Of a stretch of DNA of 64,000 bases, positions 36,624-47,253 are shown one piece after another. Below the pieces are notes generated by a model. That model did not search any database. It was not told where the DNA came from and worked only from the letters and a program-made list of their open reading frames with translations. The first letter of the stretch is position 1. Every line of letters starts with the position of its first letter. Source of the DNA: an uncultured Lachnospiraceae bacterium (lineage in GTDB: Bacteria > Bacillota > Clostridia > Lachnospirales > Lachnospiraceae); assembly GCA_910585765.1 (NCBI GenBank), contig CAJUES010000005.1, positions 19,351 to 83,350 of the forward strand. The letters run 5' to 3'. The translations under genes and the position numbers were made by a program.

Positions 36624-38792
36624 ATGAATCAAAATCAATATGAACAGGAACTTTTTGCACAAAGGACGCCGTACCTGCAGTGGCTGAAACAGCAGGAGAC
36701 AACGCTGGCCAGACAGTATGGGCAGCAGCTGGAACAGGGTGCTTTAGGGAAGCAGATACACACGCTTCCCTTTTCTTCGTGTATGGACCATATGAATGAC
36801 GTCGGGCATGCCCGGGATCATTCTTTTGCGGAATTTCAGGGCGACAGGATCTATCTGTTTGCAAGGGACGCGGGCAGACTGTCCCCGTATGCAAAAGCCG
36901 TGTTCGCAAAAGCCTTTTTGGATGACGCCGATGTCGTGCTGGCGTATGCGGATGAGGATTACAGCGGAAGTCTCAGGGAACTGTACGGGATCGGGGAGGC
37001 AGACCGGCAGTCCGGTGCGCGCTACCGAGGCGCGCCGTGGTTCAAGCCCGGCTTTTCACCGGACACTCTCGTCTCCTTTTTCTATGTCGGCAGTGTGTTT
37101 GCCGTCAGGGGCGACCGGATCCTGGAGGTGACGGGAAAGTACGGCAGCGATATCAGCCTTCATGAGCTTGTCTACAGGATCTTTATGGAGGCGCTTGGCA
37201 GGAGAAGGCAGGGTGTGACATGCGGGATCGCCCACTTACCATACACGCTGTACACCAATGACAGCCTTGCGGATAAGGATCGGACCGAGGGCGATGGGAA
37301 GATCCGTCTGCTGTACCGGGCAGAGGAGCGCTGCAAGGGGGCTGACAATGATAAAATATCGATTGTTATTCCTAGTAAGGACAATGCAGACGTGCTACGG
37401 AAATGCCTGGAAACGCTGGTTCAATATACGGATTACAGCTGTTATGAGGTCATCGTCGTGGACAATGGCAGCAGCCCGGAGCAGAGGGCGCGCATATCAC
37501 GTGTGATCGAAACGCTGAAAACGAAAAAGAGCGGTCTTGCCGTCCACTATCTGTATCGGGAGCGCGCGTTCAATTTTTCGGCGATGTGCAATGCGGGCGC
37601 GCGGCAGGCGTCCGGGGCGTACCTGCTGTTTCTGAATGATGATATCGAGATCCTGGGCGGCGCGGACGGCGGACAGTGGCTTGACAGGATGCTGGCGTAC
37701 GGGAGGAAGTCCCATGTGGGGGCGGTCGGCGCGAAGCTGTACTATCCGCCCGGACAAGGGGAGCGCGGCTGTCATAAGATCCAGCATGCGGGGATCACCA
37801 ACATGGGGATCGGGCCGGCGCACAAGCTCGGCGGCATGGCGGACGAGGGGTGTCTGTACCATGGGCACAACACGCAGAATTATGATATGCTCGCAGTCAC
37901 GGCGGCGTGTATGCTGATCCGCCGATCTGTCTTTGACAGTGCAGGCGGTTTTGACGAGGACTTTCCGGTGGCGTACAATGACGTGGAGCTCTGCTTCCGG
38001 CTTTATCAGATGGGGTATTTCAACGTGCAGGTCAACGAGGCGGTGCTGATCCACCACGAGTCCCTCAGCAGGGGGCAGGACACTTTGCCGGAGAGACAGC
38101 GGCGGTTGGCTGGCGAGAAGCAGAAGCTCTATCAAAAATATCCGTTATTGAATGCGGCGGATCCTTTCTACAGCCCGCATCTGGTGCAGTGGAGGCGGGA
38201 TGTGGAGTATAACACGGGATATTTATACGCCTTTGACCGACAGGCGGAGCCCGTTATGCGCGGGTGTGACAGGGCGGCAAAAAAAAGAGAGCGATCGTTG
38301 TTTAAAAGGGCGCACATCAGGGATATGCTGTGTGAGAAGTGCGCGCCTGCGGCAAAACTGTACGACCGTCTGACAGGGTACTGCGACATGATGTTCCACA
38401 TTGATAACATTCGCTATGGAGACGGCATAACCGACGGTAAAACGACAGATAATAATACGGATGATATGGTAGTGATCGAGGGATGGAGCGCGGTCAGGAA
38501 CGCGGACAACGCAGATCTGCCCCGAAGGCTCTGGCTCATCGGCGCGGAGTCTTGCTGCGCATATGAGTTCGACATAGCGCCGAAACTGAGGGAGGACGTA
38601 GCGGCGGTCCTGGAGGAGGGCGCGGGGAACCGCACAAAAAACACGGCACTCTCGGGCATACAGGTGAACATCGCGATAAGCACGTTAAAGCCGGGCACAT
38701 ACGGTATCGGTGTGGTCTGCAACAACAAGCTGGTCTGTGATCAGGAGAAGTATGTTGCCATACCGGATAAAAATACGGAAGGAAAGGTGTGA
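36624..38792 (+). CDS. Two-domain GT2 glycosyltransferase
   Basis: YADED, VIPSKD, FLNDD, VGAKLYYP, YNDVELC, HHESLSRG. Confidence 0.88.
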   Translation: MNQNQYEQELFAQRTPYLQWLKQQETTLARQYGQQLEQGALGKQIHTLPFSSCMDHMNDVGHARDHSFAEFQGDRIYLFARDAGRLSPYAKAVFAKAFLDDADVVLAYADEDYSGSLRELYGIGEADRQSGARYRGAPWFKPGFSPDTLVSFFYVGSVFAVRGDRILEVTGKYGSDISLHELVYRIFMEALGRRRQGVTCGIAHLPYTLYTNDSLADKDRTEGDGKIRLLYRAEERCKGADNDKISIVIPSKDNADVLRKCLETLVQYTDYSCYEVIVVDNGSSPEQRARISRVIETLKTKKSGLAVHYLYRERAFNFSAMCNAGARQASGAYLLFLNDDIEILGGADGGQWLDRMLAYGRKSHVGAVGAKLYYPPGQGERGCHKIQHAGITNMGIGPAHKLGGMADEGCLYHGHNTQNYDMLAVTAACMLIRRSVFDSAGGFDEDFPVAYNDVELCFRLYQMGYFNVQVNEAVLIHHESLSRGQDTLPERQRRLAGEKQKLYQKYPLLNAADPFYSPHLVQWRRDVEYNTGYLYAFDRQAEPVMRGCDRAAKKRERSLFKRAHIRDMLCEKCAPAAKLYDRLTGYCDMMFHIDNIRYGDGITDGKTTDNNTDDMVVIEGWSAVRNADNADLPRRLWLIGAESCCAYEFDIAPKLREDVAAVLEEGAGNRTKNTALSGIQVNIAISTLKPGTYGIGVVCNNKLVCDQEKYVAIPDKNTEGKV

Positions 38793-38798
38793 AGCAAA

Positions 38799-40874
38799 AT
38801 GGCAAATGATACGATCGGCAGTCTCCAGAATCAGAACAAGCCGGATCCGGGCAGGCAGAATCAGATTCTGAATCAGAATAATCAGAATCAGAATAAAGAA
38901 GAGCGGGATGTGCAATTCTATAGACAGGCATACGAGAAGGAAAAGGCGCGTGCGGCTTCCCTTGCCGGCAGGCTCGCGGATGCCAAGAACGAGGCGGACA
39001 GCCTGCAGTTCCAGCTGGACCGCATCAAGAACAATCCGCTGTGGAGGGCCTCAAAGCCCCTGCGCCGGACAATGCACTGGGGGATCAGAAATTACAGACG
39101 CGTCCGCAATCTGGGCGGACCTAAGGGGATCGTCAGGAAACTAAAGCAGAAGCGGATCGAGGCGGAGGCAAAAAAGCTCCACGGCACGGCGAGTTTTCCG
39201 ACACCCGGACAGGCAGAGCAGCAGCGCGGTGAGCGGTTTGACCGGATGGTGAAGATCAGCATCCTCGTGCCCCTGTGGAACAATCAGCGGGAGTTCCAGA
39301 TCCAGATGCTGGAGTCCGTGATGAACCAGACATATCAGAACTGGGAGCTCTGCCTTGCGGACGGCTCGGACGAGGAGCACGGCTATATCGGCGAGATCTG
39401 CAGGGAGTACGCGGCGCGCGCCGACGGCAGGATCGTCTACCGCAAACTCGACAAAAACGGGGGGATCTCCGGGAATACCAACGAGTGCCTAAAGCTTGCC
39501 ACGGGCGAGTACATCGGGCTGTTTGACCAGGATGACATCCTGCATCCCTGCGCGCTGTACGAGTATGTGAAAGTGATCAACGAGGAGGGCGCGGATTATA
39601 TATACTGCGATGAGACGACGTTCAAGGGGGACAGCATCGACAACATGATCACGCTGCACTTCAAACCGGACTTTGCGCCCGACAATCTCAGAGCGAACAA
39701 TTACATCTGTCATTTCAGCGTGTTCTCGAGAAAACTGCTCGAGGGGACGGAGCTGTTCCGCAGCGGCTTTGACGGCAGTCAGGATCACGATATGATACTG
39801 CGGCTGACTGCCAGCGCCAAGAAGGTCGTGCACGTGCCGAAGCTGCTGTACTACTGGCGATCCCACAAGGCGAGCACGGCGAGCGACATCAGCGCAAAGC
39901 CCTATGCGATCGCGGCGGCGAAGGGGGCGGTGGCGGACCATCTGACCCGGTGCGGATTCAAGAACTTTGAGATCAAGAGCACCAGGGCGTTCGACACGAT
40001 CTTTGAGATCAAATACGAGATCAAGAGCGAGGACAGGATCTCGATCCTGATTCCGAACAAAGACCATGCCGGGGATCTGCGCCGCTGCATCGAGTCCATC
40101 AGGGAGCGCAGCACATACGGGAACTATGAGATCATCGTCATCGAGAACAACAGTGTGGACAGAGAGACCTTCGCCTATTACGACACCTTGAAGAAACAGA
40201 AAAATATAACGGTTGTTACCTACGAGGGAGACTTTAATTACGCGAAGATCAACAACTTCGGCGCGCGCAGTGCGACCGGGAAATATCTGCTGTTATTGAA
40301 CAACGATACGCAGGTGATCTCCATGAACTGGCTGGAGGCGATGCTGATGTACGCGCAGCGCCCCGACGTGGGTGCAGTCGGCGCGAAACTGTACTACGGC
40401 GACAGGACGATACAGCACGCCGGGGTGGTGATCGGGCTTGGGGCGCACAGGACAGCGGGGCACACGCACTACAAGATCAACTACGACAATCTTGGCTACA
40501 TGGGCAGGCTCTGCTATGCGCAGAACGTGTCGGCGGTGACGGGGGCATGTCTGATGGTCAGAAAGAGCATCTACGACGCGCTCGGCGGGCTTGACGAGAC
40601 GTTCGCGGTGGCGCTCAACGATGTTGATTTCTGCCTGCGCATCCGTGAGAACGGCTATCTGAACGTGTTCACGCCGTTCGCGGAGCTGTACCACTTTGAG
40701 TCGGCGTCGCGCGGCAGCGATGTCAGGGACGACAAAAAGGCGCAGCGCTACGAGGAGGAGTCTGCACGGTTCCGCGAGCGCTGGAAGGAGCTGCTGGCAA
40801 AGGGGGATCCTTACTACAACCCGAATTTCTCGCTGGACCGCAGCGATTACTCGCTGAGAACAGGCGGAGATTAA
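38799..40874 (+). CDS. Two-domain GT2 glycosyltransferase (rhamnosyltransferase-like) with N-terminal coiled coil
   Basis: DQDD, FKPDF, FDGSQDHD, YYWR; second domain LLNND, VTGACL, NDVDFCL, HFESASRG. Confidence 0.9.
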   Translation: MANDTIGSLQNQNKPDPGRQNQILNQNNQNQNKEERDVQFYRQAYEKEKARAASLAGRLADAKNEADSLQFQLDRIKNNPLWRASKPLRRTMHWGIRNYRRVRNLGGPKGIVRKLKQKRIEAEAKKLHGTASFPTPGQAEQQRGERFDRMVKISILVPLWNNQREFQIQMLESVMNQTYQNWELCLADGSDEEHGYIGEICREYAARADGRIVYRKLDKNGGISGNTNECLKLATGEYIGLFDQDDILHPCALYEYVKVINEEGADYIYCDETTFKGDSIDNMITLHFKPDFAPDNLRANNYICHFSVFSRKLLEGTELFRSGFDGSQDHDMILRLTASAKKVVHVPKLLYYWRSHKASTASDISAKPYAIAAAKGAVADHLTRCGFKNFEIKSTRAFDTIFEIKYEIKSEDRISILIPNKDHAGDLRRCIESIRERSTYGNYEIIVIENNSVDRETFAYYDTLKKQKNITVVTYEGDFNYAKINNFGARSATGKYLLLLNNDTQVISMNWLEAMLMYAQRPDVGAVGAKLYYGDRTIQHAGVVIGLGAHRTAGHTHYKINYDNLGYMGRLCYAQNVSAVTGACLMVRKSIYDALGGLDETFAVALNDVDFCLRIRENGYLNVFTPFAELYHFESASRGSDVRDDKKAQRYEEESARFRERWKELLAKGDPYYNPNFSLDRSDYSLRTGGD

Positions 40875-40898
40875 ATTTCGCGAAATACACTTATAACC

Positions 40899-40927
40899 TT
40901 GAAAAATTTCCAAATTTTTGGTTTAAT
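40899..40927 (+). promoter_or_regulatory. Sigma-A-type promoter for pgm
   Basis: TTGAAA-17 bp-TTTAAT with extended TG. Confidence 0.5.
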
Positions 40928-41042
40928 AGAAGAGGAATATAGTGCAAATTGATGTAATGACGTGGCAGTGGGAAAGCGTAAGCGGCCGAAACTGTCACAG
41001 GACAGCGGCGCACTGATTTTAATATTATGTGGAGGTAGCAGT

Positions 41043-42770
41043 ATGGGTTTTATGGATGAATTTAACTTCTGGCTGGGTGATGACTACTTTGACCAGGCAA
41101 CAAAGGATGAGCTCTTGAAGATCAAGGACAACGAGAGCGAGATCGAGGAACGTTTCTACAAGGAACTCGAGTTCGGCACCGGCGGGCTCAGGGGTGTGAT
41201 CGGTGCGGGCACGAACCGCATGAACATCTACACCGTGAGAAAGGCGTCACAGGGACTGGCAAACTACATTATCAAGGCAAACGGGCAGGAAAAGGGTATT
41301 GCTATCGCATACGATTCGCGCTTCATGTCGCCTGAGTTTGCAGATGAGGCAGCGCTGTGCATGGCGGCAAACGGCATCAAGGCGTACGTGTTTGAGTCGC
41401 TCAGACCGACTCCGGAGCTCTCCTTTGCGCTGAGAACGCTCGGCTGCATCTCCGGTATCGTGATCACGGCGAGCCACAATCCGCCAGAGTACAACGGTTA
41501 CAAGGTATACTGGGAGGACGGCGCCCAGATCACGGCGCCCAAGGACAAGGACATCATCAGCGAGGTGAAGGCTGTGACGGACTACCACACGGTGAAGACG
41601 ATGGACAAGCAGGAAGCCATCAATGCCGGGCTGTACCAGGTGATCGGCGGAGAGATCGACGATGCCTACATGGCGGAGCTGAAAAAGCAGATCATCCATC
41701 CGGATGTCATCAAGGCAGTTGCGGATGATATCAAGATCGTGTACACACCGCTCTGCGGAACAGGAAACAAGCCGGTGAGAAGGATCCTCTCCGAGCTTGG
41801 ATTCAAGAATGTGTACGTCGTGCCGGAGCAGGAGAATCCCGATCCGAAGTTCACGACGCTCGATTATCCCAATCCCGAAGATCCGAAGGCGTTTACATAT
41901 GCCTTGAAGCTCGCAAAGGAGAAGAACGCGGATATCGTGCTCGCGACGGATCCCGACGCGGACAGGCTTGGCATCTATGCGCTCGATACGAAGAGCGGAG
42001 AGTACAAGGCATTTACGGGCAACATGTCCGGTATGCTGATCGCCGAGTACATTTTGAGAGAGCGCAAGGCGACAGGCACTATGCCGGAGAATCCTGCGCT
42101 TGTCACCACGATCGTGACGACGAACATGACGGCGCCGATCACGCAGACATACGGCGTGAAACTGATCGAGGTGCTCACCGGGTTCAAGTTCATCGGCGAG
42201 CAGATCAAGCTGTTTGAGCAGACGGGCTCCAACAACTATGTGTTCGGTCTTGAGGAGAGCTATGGCTGCCTTGCGGGAACACATGCGAGGGACAAGGATG
42301 CAGTCGTGGCGGTGATGTGCCTGTGCGAGGTTGCCGCATGGTGCAAGAAGAACGGCAAGACGCTGTACGACATGATGCTCGAGATCTATGAGAAGTACGG
42401 CTATTACAAGGAGACACAGTATGCGATCACGATGAAGGGCATCGACGGCACGAAGCAGATCGCGGCGCTCATGGATAAGTTCAGGAACAATCCGCCAAAG
42501 AAATTTGGAGAGCTTGACGTTGTGCGCGTGAGGGACTATGAGAACGATGTCATCACGGAGCTCGAGACCGGTAAGACTTACCCGACAGGGCTGCCGAAGT
42601 CGAATGTGCTCTACTTTGATCTGACGAACGATTCGTGGTGCTGTGCGAGACCTTCCGGCACAGAGCCCAAGATCAAGTTCTACATGGGCGTCAAGGGCAC
42701 AAGCCTCGAGGATGCACAGAAGAGGGTAGAAGATCTGACAAGCGAGGTCAAGGCAGTTATAGAAGAATAG
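41043..42770 (+). CDS. pgm: Phosphoglucomutase / phospho-sugar mutase
   Basis: FGTGGLRG, TASHNP, DPDADR, EESYG, RPSGTEPKIK. Confidence 0.93.
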   Translation: MGFMDEFNFWLGDDYFDQATKDELLKIKDNESEIEERFYKELEFGTGGLRGVIGAGTNRMNIYTVRKASQGLANYIIKANGQEKGIAIAYDSRFMSPEFADEAALCMAANGIKAYVFESLRPTPELSFALRTLGCISGIVITASHNPPEYNGYKVYWEDGAQITAPKDKDIISEVKAVTDYHTVKTMDKQEAINAGLYQVIGGEIDDAYMAELKKQIIHPDVIKAVADDIKIVYTPLCGTGNKPVRRILSELGFKNVYVVPEQENPDPKFTTLDYPNPEDPKAFTYALKLAKEKNADIVLATDPDADRLGIYALDTKSGEYKAFTGNMSGMLIAEYILRERKATGTMPENPALVTTIVTTNMTAPITQTYGVKLIEVLTGFKFIGEQIKLFEQTGSNNYVFGLEESYGCLAGTHARDKDAVVAVMCLCEVAAWCKKNGKTLYDMMLEIYEKYGYYKETQYAITMKGIDGTKQIAALMDKFRNNPPKKFGELDVVRVRDYENDVITELETGKTYPTGLPKSNVLYFDLTNDSWCCARPSGTEPKIKFYMGVKGTSLEDAQKRVEDLTSEVKAVIEE

Positions 42771-42783
42771 TGAACGGCAGGCG

Positions 42784-42822
42784 GAAACCGGACGGCAGAC
42801 AAACGCCGTCTGGTTTCGTTTC
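42784..42822 (+). terminator. Probable intrinsic terminator after pgm
   Basis: GAAACCGGACGGC-8 nt-GCCGTCTGGTTTC followed by GTTT. Confidence 0.55.
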
Positions 42823-42889
42823 GTAGAAAGCACTGATACGGTGTGATCGTTTGTGACAGGGGTTCGTGATGAGAGAACAGGAGATTGTT

Positions 42890-43345
42890 ATGAAAAATTT
42901 ATTTGCGCAGATCATGAAGTTTGGCATGGTGGGTGTGGTCTGCTTTGGCATTGACTATATCATTGGCTATTCGGTGATGAAAATTATGGTGAAACTGGGC
43001 GGCGAACCGATATTTGAGATTGCCTCGATGGCGGGTTCGGCGCTGGGATTTACAGTTTCCGTGATCATAAATTATATTTTGAGTTTCAGGTTTGTCTTTG
43101 AGCGGAAGGAGGATCTTGACCGCAGGAAGGAGTTTGCCGCGTTCATCATACTGAGTGTGATCGGGCTGGGACTGAATCAGCTGATCATCTGGATCTGTGT
43201 GGGACCGGTCTATGGCAGCATCGCGCTGCTCCGCGAGATACTGAATTATGATCTCGCATACACAGGGGCGAAGGTGATCGCGACAGCGGTCGTGATGGTG
43301 TACAATTTTGTCACCAGAAAGATGTTCCTGGAAAAAAAGTCATAG
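42890..43345 (+). CDS. gtrA: GtrA family flippase-like protein
   Basis: KFGMVG, NYILS..FVF, AKVIAT..V..YNF..RK; 4 TM. Confidence 0.85.
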   Translation: MKNLFAQIMKFGMVGVVCFGIDYIIGYSVMKIMVKLGGEPIFEIASMAGSALGFTVSVIINYILSFRFVFERKEDLDRRKEFAAFIILSVIGLGLNQLIIWICVGPVYGSIALLREILNYDLAYTGAKVIATAVVMVYNFVTRKMFLEKKS

Positions 43346-43369
43346 CGTGTGGAGGGGTGGGGAGTTAAA

Positions 43370-44725
43370 ATGTCGCTGGCACAAAATATTAAGAAGACGA
43401 TCAATTACAGTAAGAAAAACGGGTATGGCGAGGCAGTCGTCGCGGCGTGGGAGCGTGTGACGGCAAAGTACTATGCGGATTATGACTACCGTGCGCCGGA
43501 CCAGGACACACTCGAGCGGCAGCGGGCGGACCAGCGTGTGTCGGATCTCAAGATTTCGATACTCGTACCGGCGTACGAGACGCAGGAAGTCTACATGAGC
43601 GCCCTGATCGACAGCTGTATCGGACAGACATATGCGAACTGGGAACTCGTCATCGCGGACGGGAGCGCTACCGATATCGTCAAAAAGACGGTGGACACGT
43701 ACCAGGATGCGCGCATCCGGTATGTCAGGCTCGAGGGAAATGACGGCATCGCGGAGAACACAAACCGGGCGATCGAGATCGCCACGGGAGATTACTGCGG
43801 TCTGCTGGATCATGACGACCTGCTGACGGCAGATGCCCTTTATGAGATGGCGCGCGCCGTGCAGGCGCACAGACCGGTCCTTGCGTACTCTGACGAGGAC
43901 AAATGCGACGAATCCGGAAGGCATTTCTATGATCCGCACTTCAAGCTTGACTTCAATCTGGATCTGCTCCTGACGAACAATTACGTATGTCATTTTATGG
44001 TAGTCCGCTCGGATGTGCTCAAAAAAATGCAGGTCAGAAAGGAGTACGACGGCTCCCAGGACTATGACATCATCCTCCGCGTGGTCGGAAACCGGCTGAT
44101 GAAGGAGAAGGAAAACAACGGGACAGAGCCGGTAGAGCGGTTCATCGTGCATGTGCCAAAGGTGCTGTATCACTGGCGCTGCCATGAAAATTCCACGGCG
44201 GACAACCCGCAGAGCAAGATGTATGCCTACGAGGCGGGGAAAAAGGCGCTGATCGATTTCGCGTCGCGCATGGGATGGAAGGTGCACGTCCGCCACAACA
44301 AGCATCTTGGCTTTTACCGAATCGAGTACGGTGAGAGCGTGCTGACACACAGACCGGATCTGGCGGCGGTGGGCGGATTTGTCGCAAAGCACGGCAGAGT
44401 GGCGTCGGGCATATACAAAGGACAGCCGCTGCTGTACGCCGGATATATGAACCGGATGGACCTGTATCAGAATACGGATCAGCTGGACATCCGCAACATG
44501 GCTGTCAACAAGGCATATCAGGGCGTTTATGAGGAAGTCACAAGACATCCTTACGTGAGCACGCTCTTTTCGGAGAACAGGGTGCTGCCGCAGTGGATGC
44601 AGGACATGGAGCGCACGGCGGGAGGGGAAGAGCGCCTGATGGAACTTGGCGCAGTGCTCTGCGGCAGACTGACGGCGGACGGCGCAAGACTGCTGCTCGA
44701 TCCGGTGTGTGTGAGGAAGATATAG
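43370..44725 (+). CDS. GT2 glycosyltransferase
   Basis: LVPAYET, LDHDD, YSDED, YDGSQDYD, YHWR. Confidence 0.88.
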   Translation: MSLAQNIKKTINYSKKNGYGEAVVAAWERVTAKYYADYDYRAPDQDTLERQRADQRVSDLKISILVPAYETQEVYMSALIDSCIGQTYANWELVIADGSATDIVKKTVDTYQDARIRYVRLEGNDGIAENTNRAIEIATGDYCGLLDHDDLLTADALYEMARAVQAHRPVLAYSDEDKCDESGRHFYDPHFKLDFNLDLLLTNNYVCHFMVVRSDVLKKMQVRKEYDGSQDYDIILRVVGNRLMKEKENNGTEPVERFIVHVPKVLYHWRCHENSTADNPQSKMYAYEAGKKALIDFASRMGWKVHVRHNKHLGFYRIEYGESVLTHRPDLAAVGGFVAKHGRVASGIYKGQPLLYAGYMNRMDLYQNTDQLDIRNMAVNKAYQGVYEEVTRHPYVSTLFSENRVLPQWMQDMERTAGGEERLMELGAVLCGRLTADGARLLLDPVCVRKI

Positions 44726-44728
44726 ATT

Positions 44729-45706
44729 ATGATAAAATCAACGATTGTGATACCAAACTACAACGGTATCAAGTATATCCAGGCGTGTCTCGAGAGTCTG
44801 TATGGCGGGACAGCTAAAGAGTTTGAGGTCATCGTGGTGGACAACGCCTCGACGGACGGCAGCATGGAGCTTGTGCGCGACCGGTTTCCCGGGGTTCGCC
44901 TGATTGTCAACCGGGAGAACACGGGATTCAGCCACGCGGTGAACCAGGGGATCCGGGCGAGCACGACACCGTATGTCATACTGCTCAACAACGACACACA
45001 GGCGGAGCTCTCCTTCGTGCATGAGCTGGAGAAGGTGATGGACAGCGACCGGGACAAAAAGGTCTTTTCGGCCTCGGCGAGGATGATCTCCCTGTACGAC
45101 AAAGACAAGACGGACGATGCGGGGGACTACTATTGCGCGCTCGGCTGGGCATTTGCAAGGGGGAAGGGAAAGGCGCCGGGCAGGTATATAAAAGACTGCG
45201 ATATCTTTGCCGCCTGTGCGGGCGCGGCGATCTACCGCAGGGATTTGCTGGAAGACAGCCGGGTGGGGCTGTTCGACGAGGAGCATTTTGCCTATTTTGA
45301 GGACATCGATCTCGGCTACAGGGCAAAAATTTTTGGATATAGAAACAGATTTGCGGCAAACTCTATAGTATACCACGCCGGGAGTGCCGCGAGCGGTTCG
45401 AGGTACAACATGTTTAAGACCGGGCTCGCGTCGCGAAACAGCGTCTATCTGATCTACAAGAATATGCCGGCAGCGCAGATCGCGCTGAACCTGCCGTTTC
45501 TGCTTGCGGGCTTTCTGATAAAAACACTTTTTTTTGTCAGGAAGGGGATGGGAAGAGCGTACATGGCGGGACTGGTCAGAGGCGTGCGGCTTTCGATGAG
45601 CCCGGCTGGAAAAAGACACAAGGTGAAATTTTACAGGGGCAGATTCGGAAATTACGTGTCGATACAGATGGAACTTTGGAGGAATTTGGGCAGACTTTTT
45701 GGCTGA
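44729..45706 (+). CDS. GT2 glycosyltransferase (WbbL-like)
   Basis: IPNYNG, VDNASTDG, LLNND, YFEDIDL. Confidence 0.88.
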   Translation: MIKSTIVIPNYNGIKYIQACLESLYGGTAKEFEVIVVDNASTDGSMELVRDRFPGVRLIVNRENTGFSHAVNQGIRASTTPYVILLNNDTQAELSFVHELEKVMDSDRDKKVFSASARMISLYDKDKTDDAGDYYCALGWAFARGKGKAPGRYIKDCDIFAACAGAAIYRRDLLEDSRVGLFDEEHFAYFEDIDLGYRAKIFGYRNRFAANSIVYHAGSAASGSRYNMFKTGLASRNSVYLIYKNMPAAQIALNLPFLLAGFLIKTLFFVRKGMGRAYMAGLVRGVRLSMSPAGKRHKVKFYRGRFGNYVSIQMELWRNLGRLFG

Positions 45707-45718
45707 ATAAAAAAAAAG

Positions 45719-45747
45719 TTGTACTTTTTGTTCAAATATTGTAGAAT
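45719..45747 (+). promoter_or_regulatory. Sigma-A-type promoter preceded by an A9 tract
   Basis: TTGTAC-17 bp-TAGAAT; A9 at 45709-45717. Confidence 0.55.
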
Positions 45748-45780
45748 GAAATGAGTTAAATTCTTTCCATTGGAATAAGG

Positions 45781-47199
45781 GTGAGAAAATTGATAAGAGA
45801 TAATCAGAAGTATTTTAACACGCTGCTGGTTCTGCTCGATGCACTGGTTATAACAGCCGCTTACTGGCTTTCATGGTTTTTGTGGCTCAGCGGATTAGTG
45901 AAGGAGAACGATCCCGGCACAGGTATTTTGTCGGTGCAGGTCTATCTGATCGCTTTTCTGGCAATTGTACCGGAGTATCTGATCCTGTACAATTCGTTTG
46001 ACCTGTATTCATCAAAACGCACGGCGAAGACGGTCTATGAGATCTTCAACATCATAAAGGCAAATACGATAGGTCTTTTGGCAGTCATGGTAGTGCTCTA
46101 TGCCATCAATATACCGGATTTCTCACGCGGGATGGTTGGTGTGTTCTATGGAATCAACATTGTGGCGGAATCTCTGATGCGCAAGGCAGTTCGGTACGGG
46201 CTGCGCAGGATGCGCAGAAAGGGCTACAATGTCAAGCATATTTTGTTAGTGGGGTACTCCCGCGCGGGCGAGGAGTACATCAACAAGATCAAGGCGAATC
46301 CCGAATGGGGGTACGAAGTCTGCGGGATCCTCGATGACAATGTTCCTGTCGGGGCTGTATACAAAGGCGTCAGGGTGACGGGGGAGATCGATTCCCTCCA
46401 GGCGATCCTGACGGAGAACCGTCTGGATGAGATCGGCATCACGCTCTCCCTGTCGGATTACGACAGGCTGGAGAACATTGTGAAGACCTGCGAGAAGACA
46501 GGCGTGCACACAAAGTTCATACCGGACTATAACAGTGTGATACCGAGCAGACCCTGTCTGGAGGATCTCGACGGCCTTGCGGTGGTGAACATCAGGAGAG
46601 TGCCCCTGAGCAATATGGCGAATATGCTGCTTAAGCGGATCGTGGATATTGTCGGTGCACTGTTTGCGATCGTGCTGGCGTCCCCGTTCATGCTGGCGGC
46701 AGCGGTCGGCGTGAAGGTGACGAGCAGAGGACCGTTGATCTTTAAACAGGAGAGGGTAGGGCTTCACAACAAGCCCTTTCAAATGTATAAATTTCGGAGC
46801 ATGGAGGTTCAGAACGACGCCGATGAGAAGAAAGGCTGGACGACCAAGAATGATCCGAGAGTCACAAAAGTGGGAAGGCTGCTTCGAAGTACGAGTATTG
46901 ACGAGCTCCCACAGCTTTTTAATGTGCTAAAAGGGGACATGAGCCTGATCGGGCCGCGTCCGGAGCGACCTCTTTTCGTCGAGAAGTTCAAAGAGGAAAT
47001 ACCAAGGTATATGATAAAGCACCAGGTCCGGCCGGGGATCACCGGGTGGGCGCAGGTAAACGGGTACAGGGGCGATACGTCGATCAAGAAACGGATTGAG
47101 TATGATCTCTATTACATTGAGAACTGGTCGATGGGGTTTGACTTCAAGATTTTGTTCCTCACCTTTTTCAAGGGCTTTATCAACAAAAATGCCTATTAG
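45781..47199 (+). CDS. Undecaprenyl-phosphate glucose phosphotransferase (WcaJ-like priming enzyme)
   Basis: [53 protein letters not shown]. Confidence 0.92.
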   Translation: MRKLIRDNQKYFNTLLVLLDALVITAAYWLSWFLWLSGLVKENDPGTGILSVQVYLIAFLAIVPEYLILYNSFDLYSSKRTAKTVYEIFNIIKANTIGLLAVMVVLYAINIPDFSRGMVGVFYGINIVAESLMRKAVRYGLRRMRRKGYNVKHILLVGYSRAGEEYINKIKANPEWGYEVCGILDDNVPVGAVYKGVRVTGEIDSLQAILTENRLDEIGITLSLSDYDRLENIVKTCEKTGVHTKFIPDYNSVIPSRPCLEDLDGLAVVNIRRVPLSNMANMLLKRIVDIVGALFAIVLASPFMLAAAVGVKVTSRGPLIFKQERVGLHNKPFQMYKFRSMEVQNDADEKKGWTTKNDPRVTKVGRLLRSTSIDELPQLFNVLKGDMSLIGPRPERPLFVEKFKEEIPRYMIKHQVRPGITGWAQVNGYRGDTSIKKRIEYDLYYIENWSMGFDFKILFLTFFKGFINKNAY

Positions 47200-47253
47200 A
47201 AAATTTATGCTGATGCCTGCGGTTCGGGCTGAGGGCAGCATGGAGGTTGAAAA

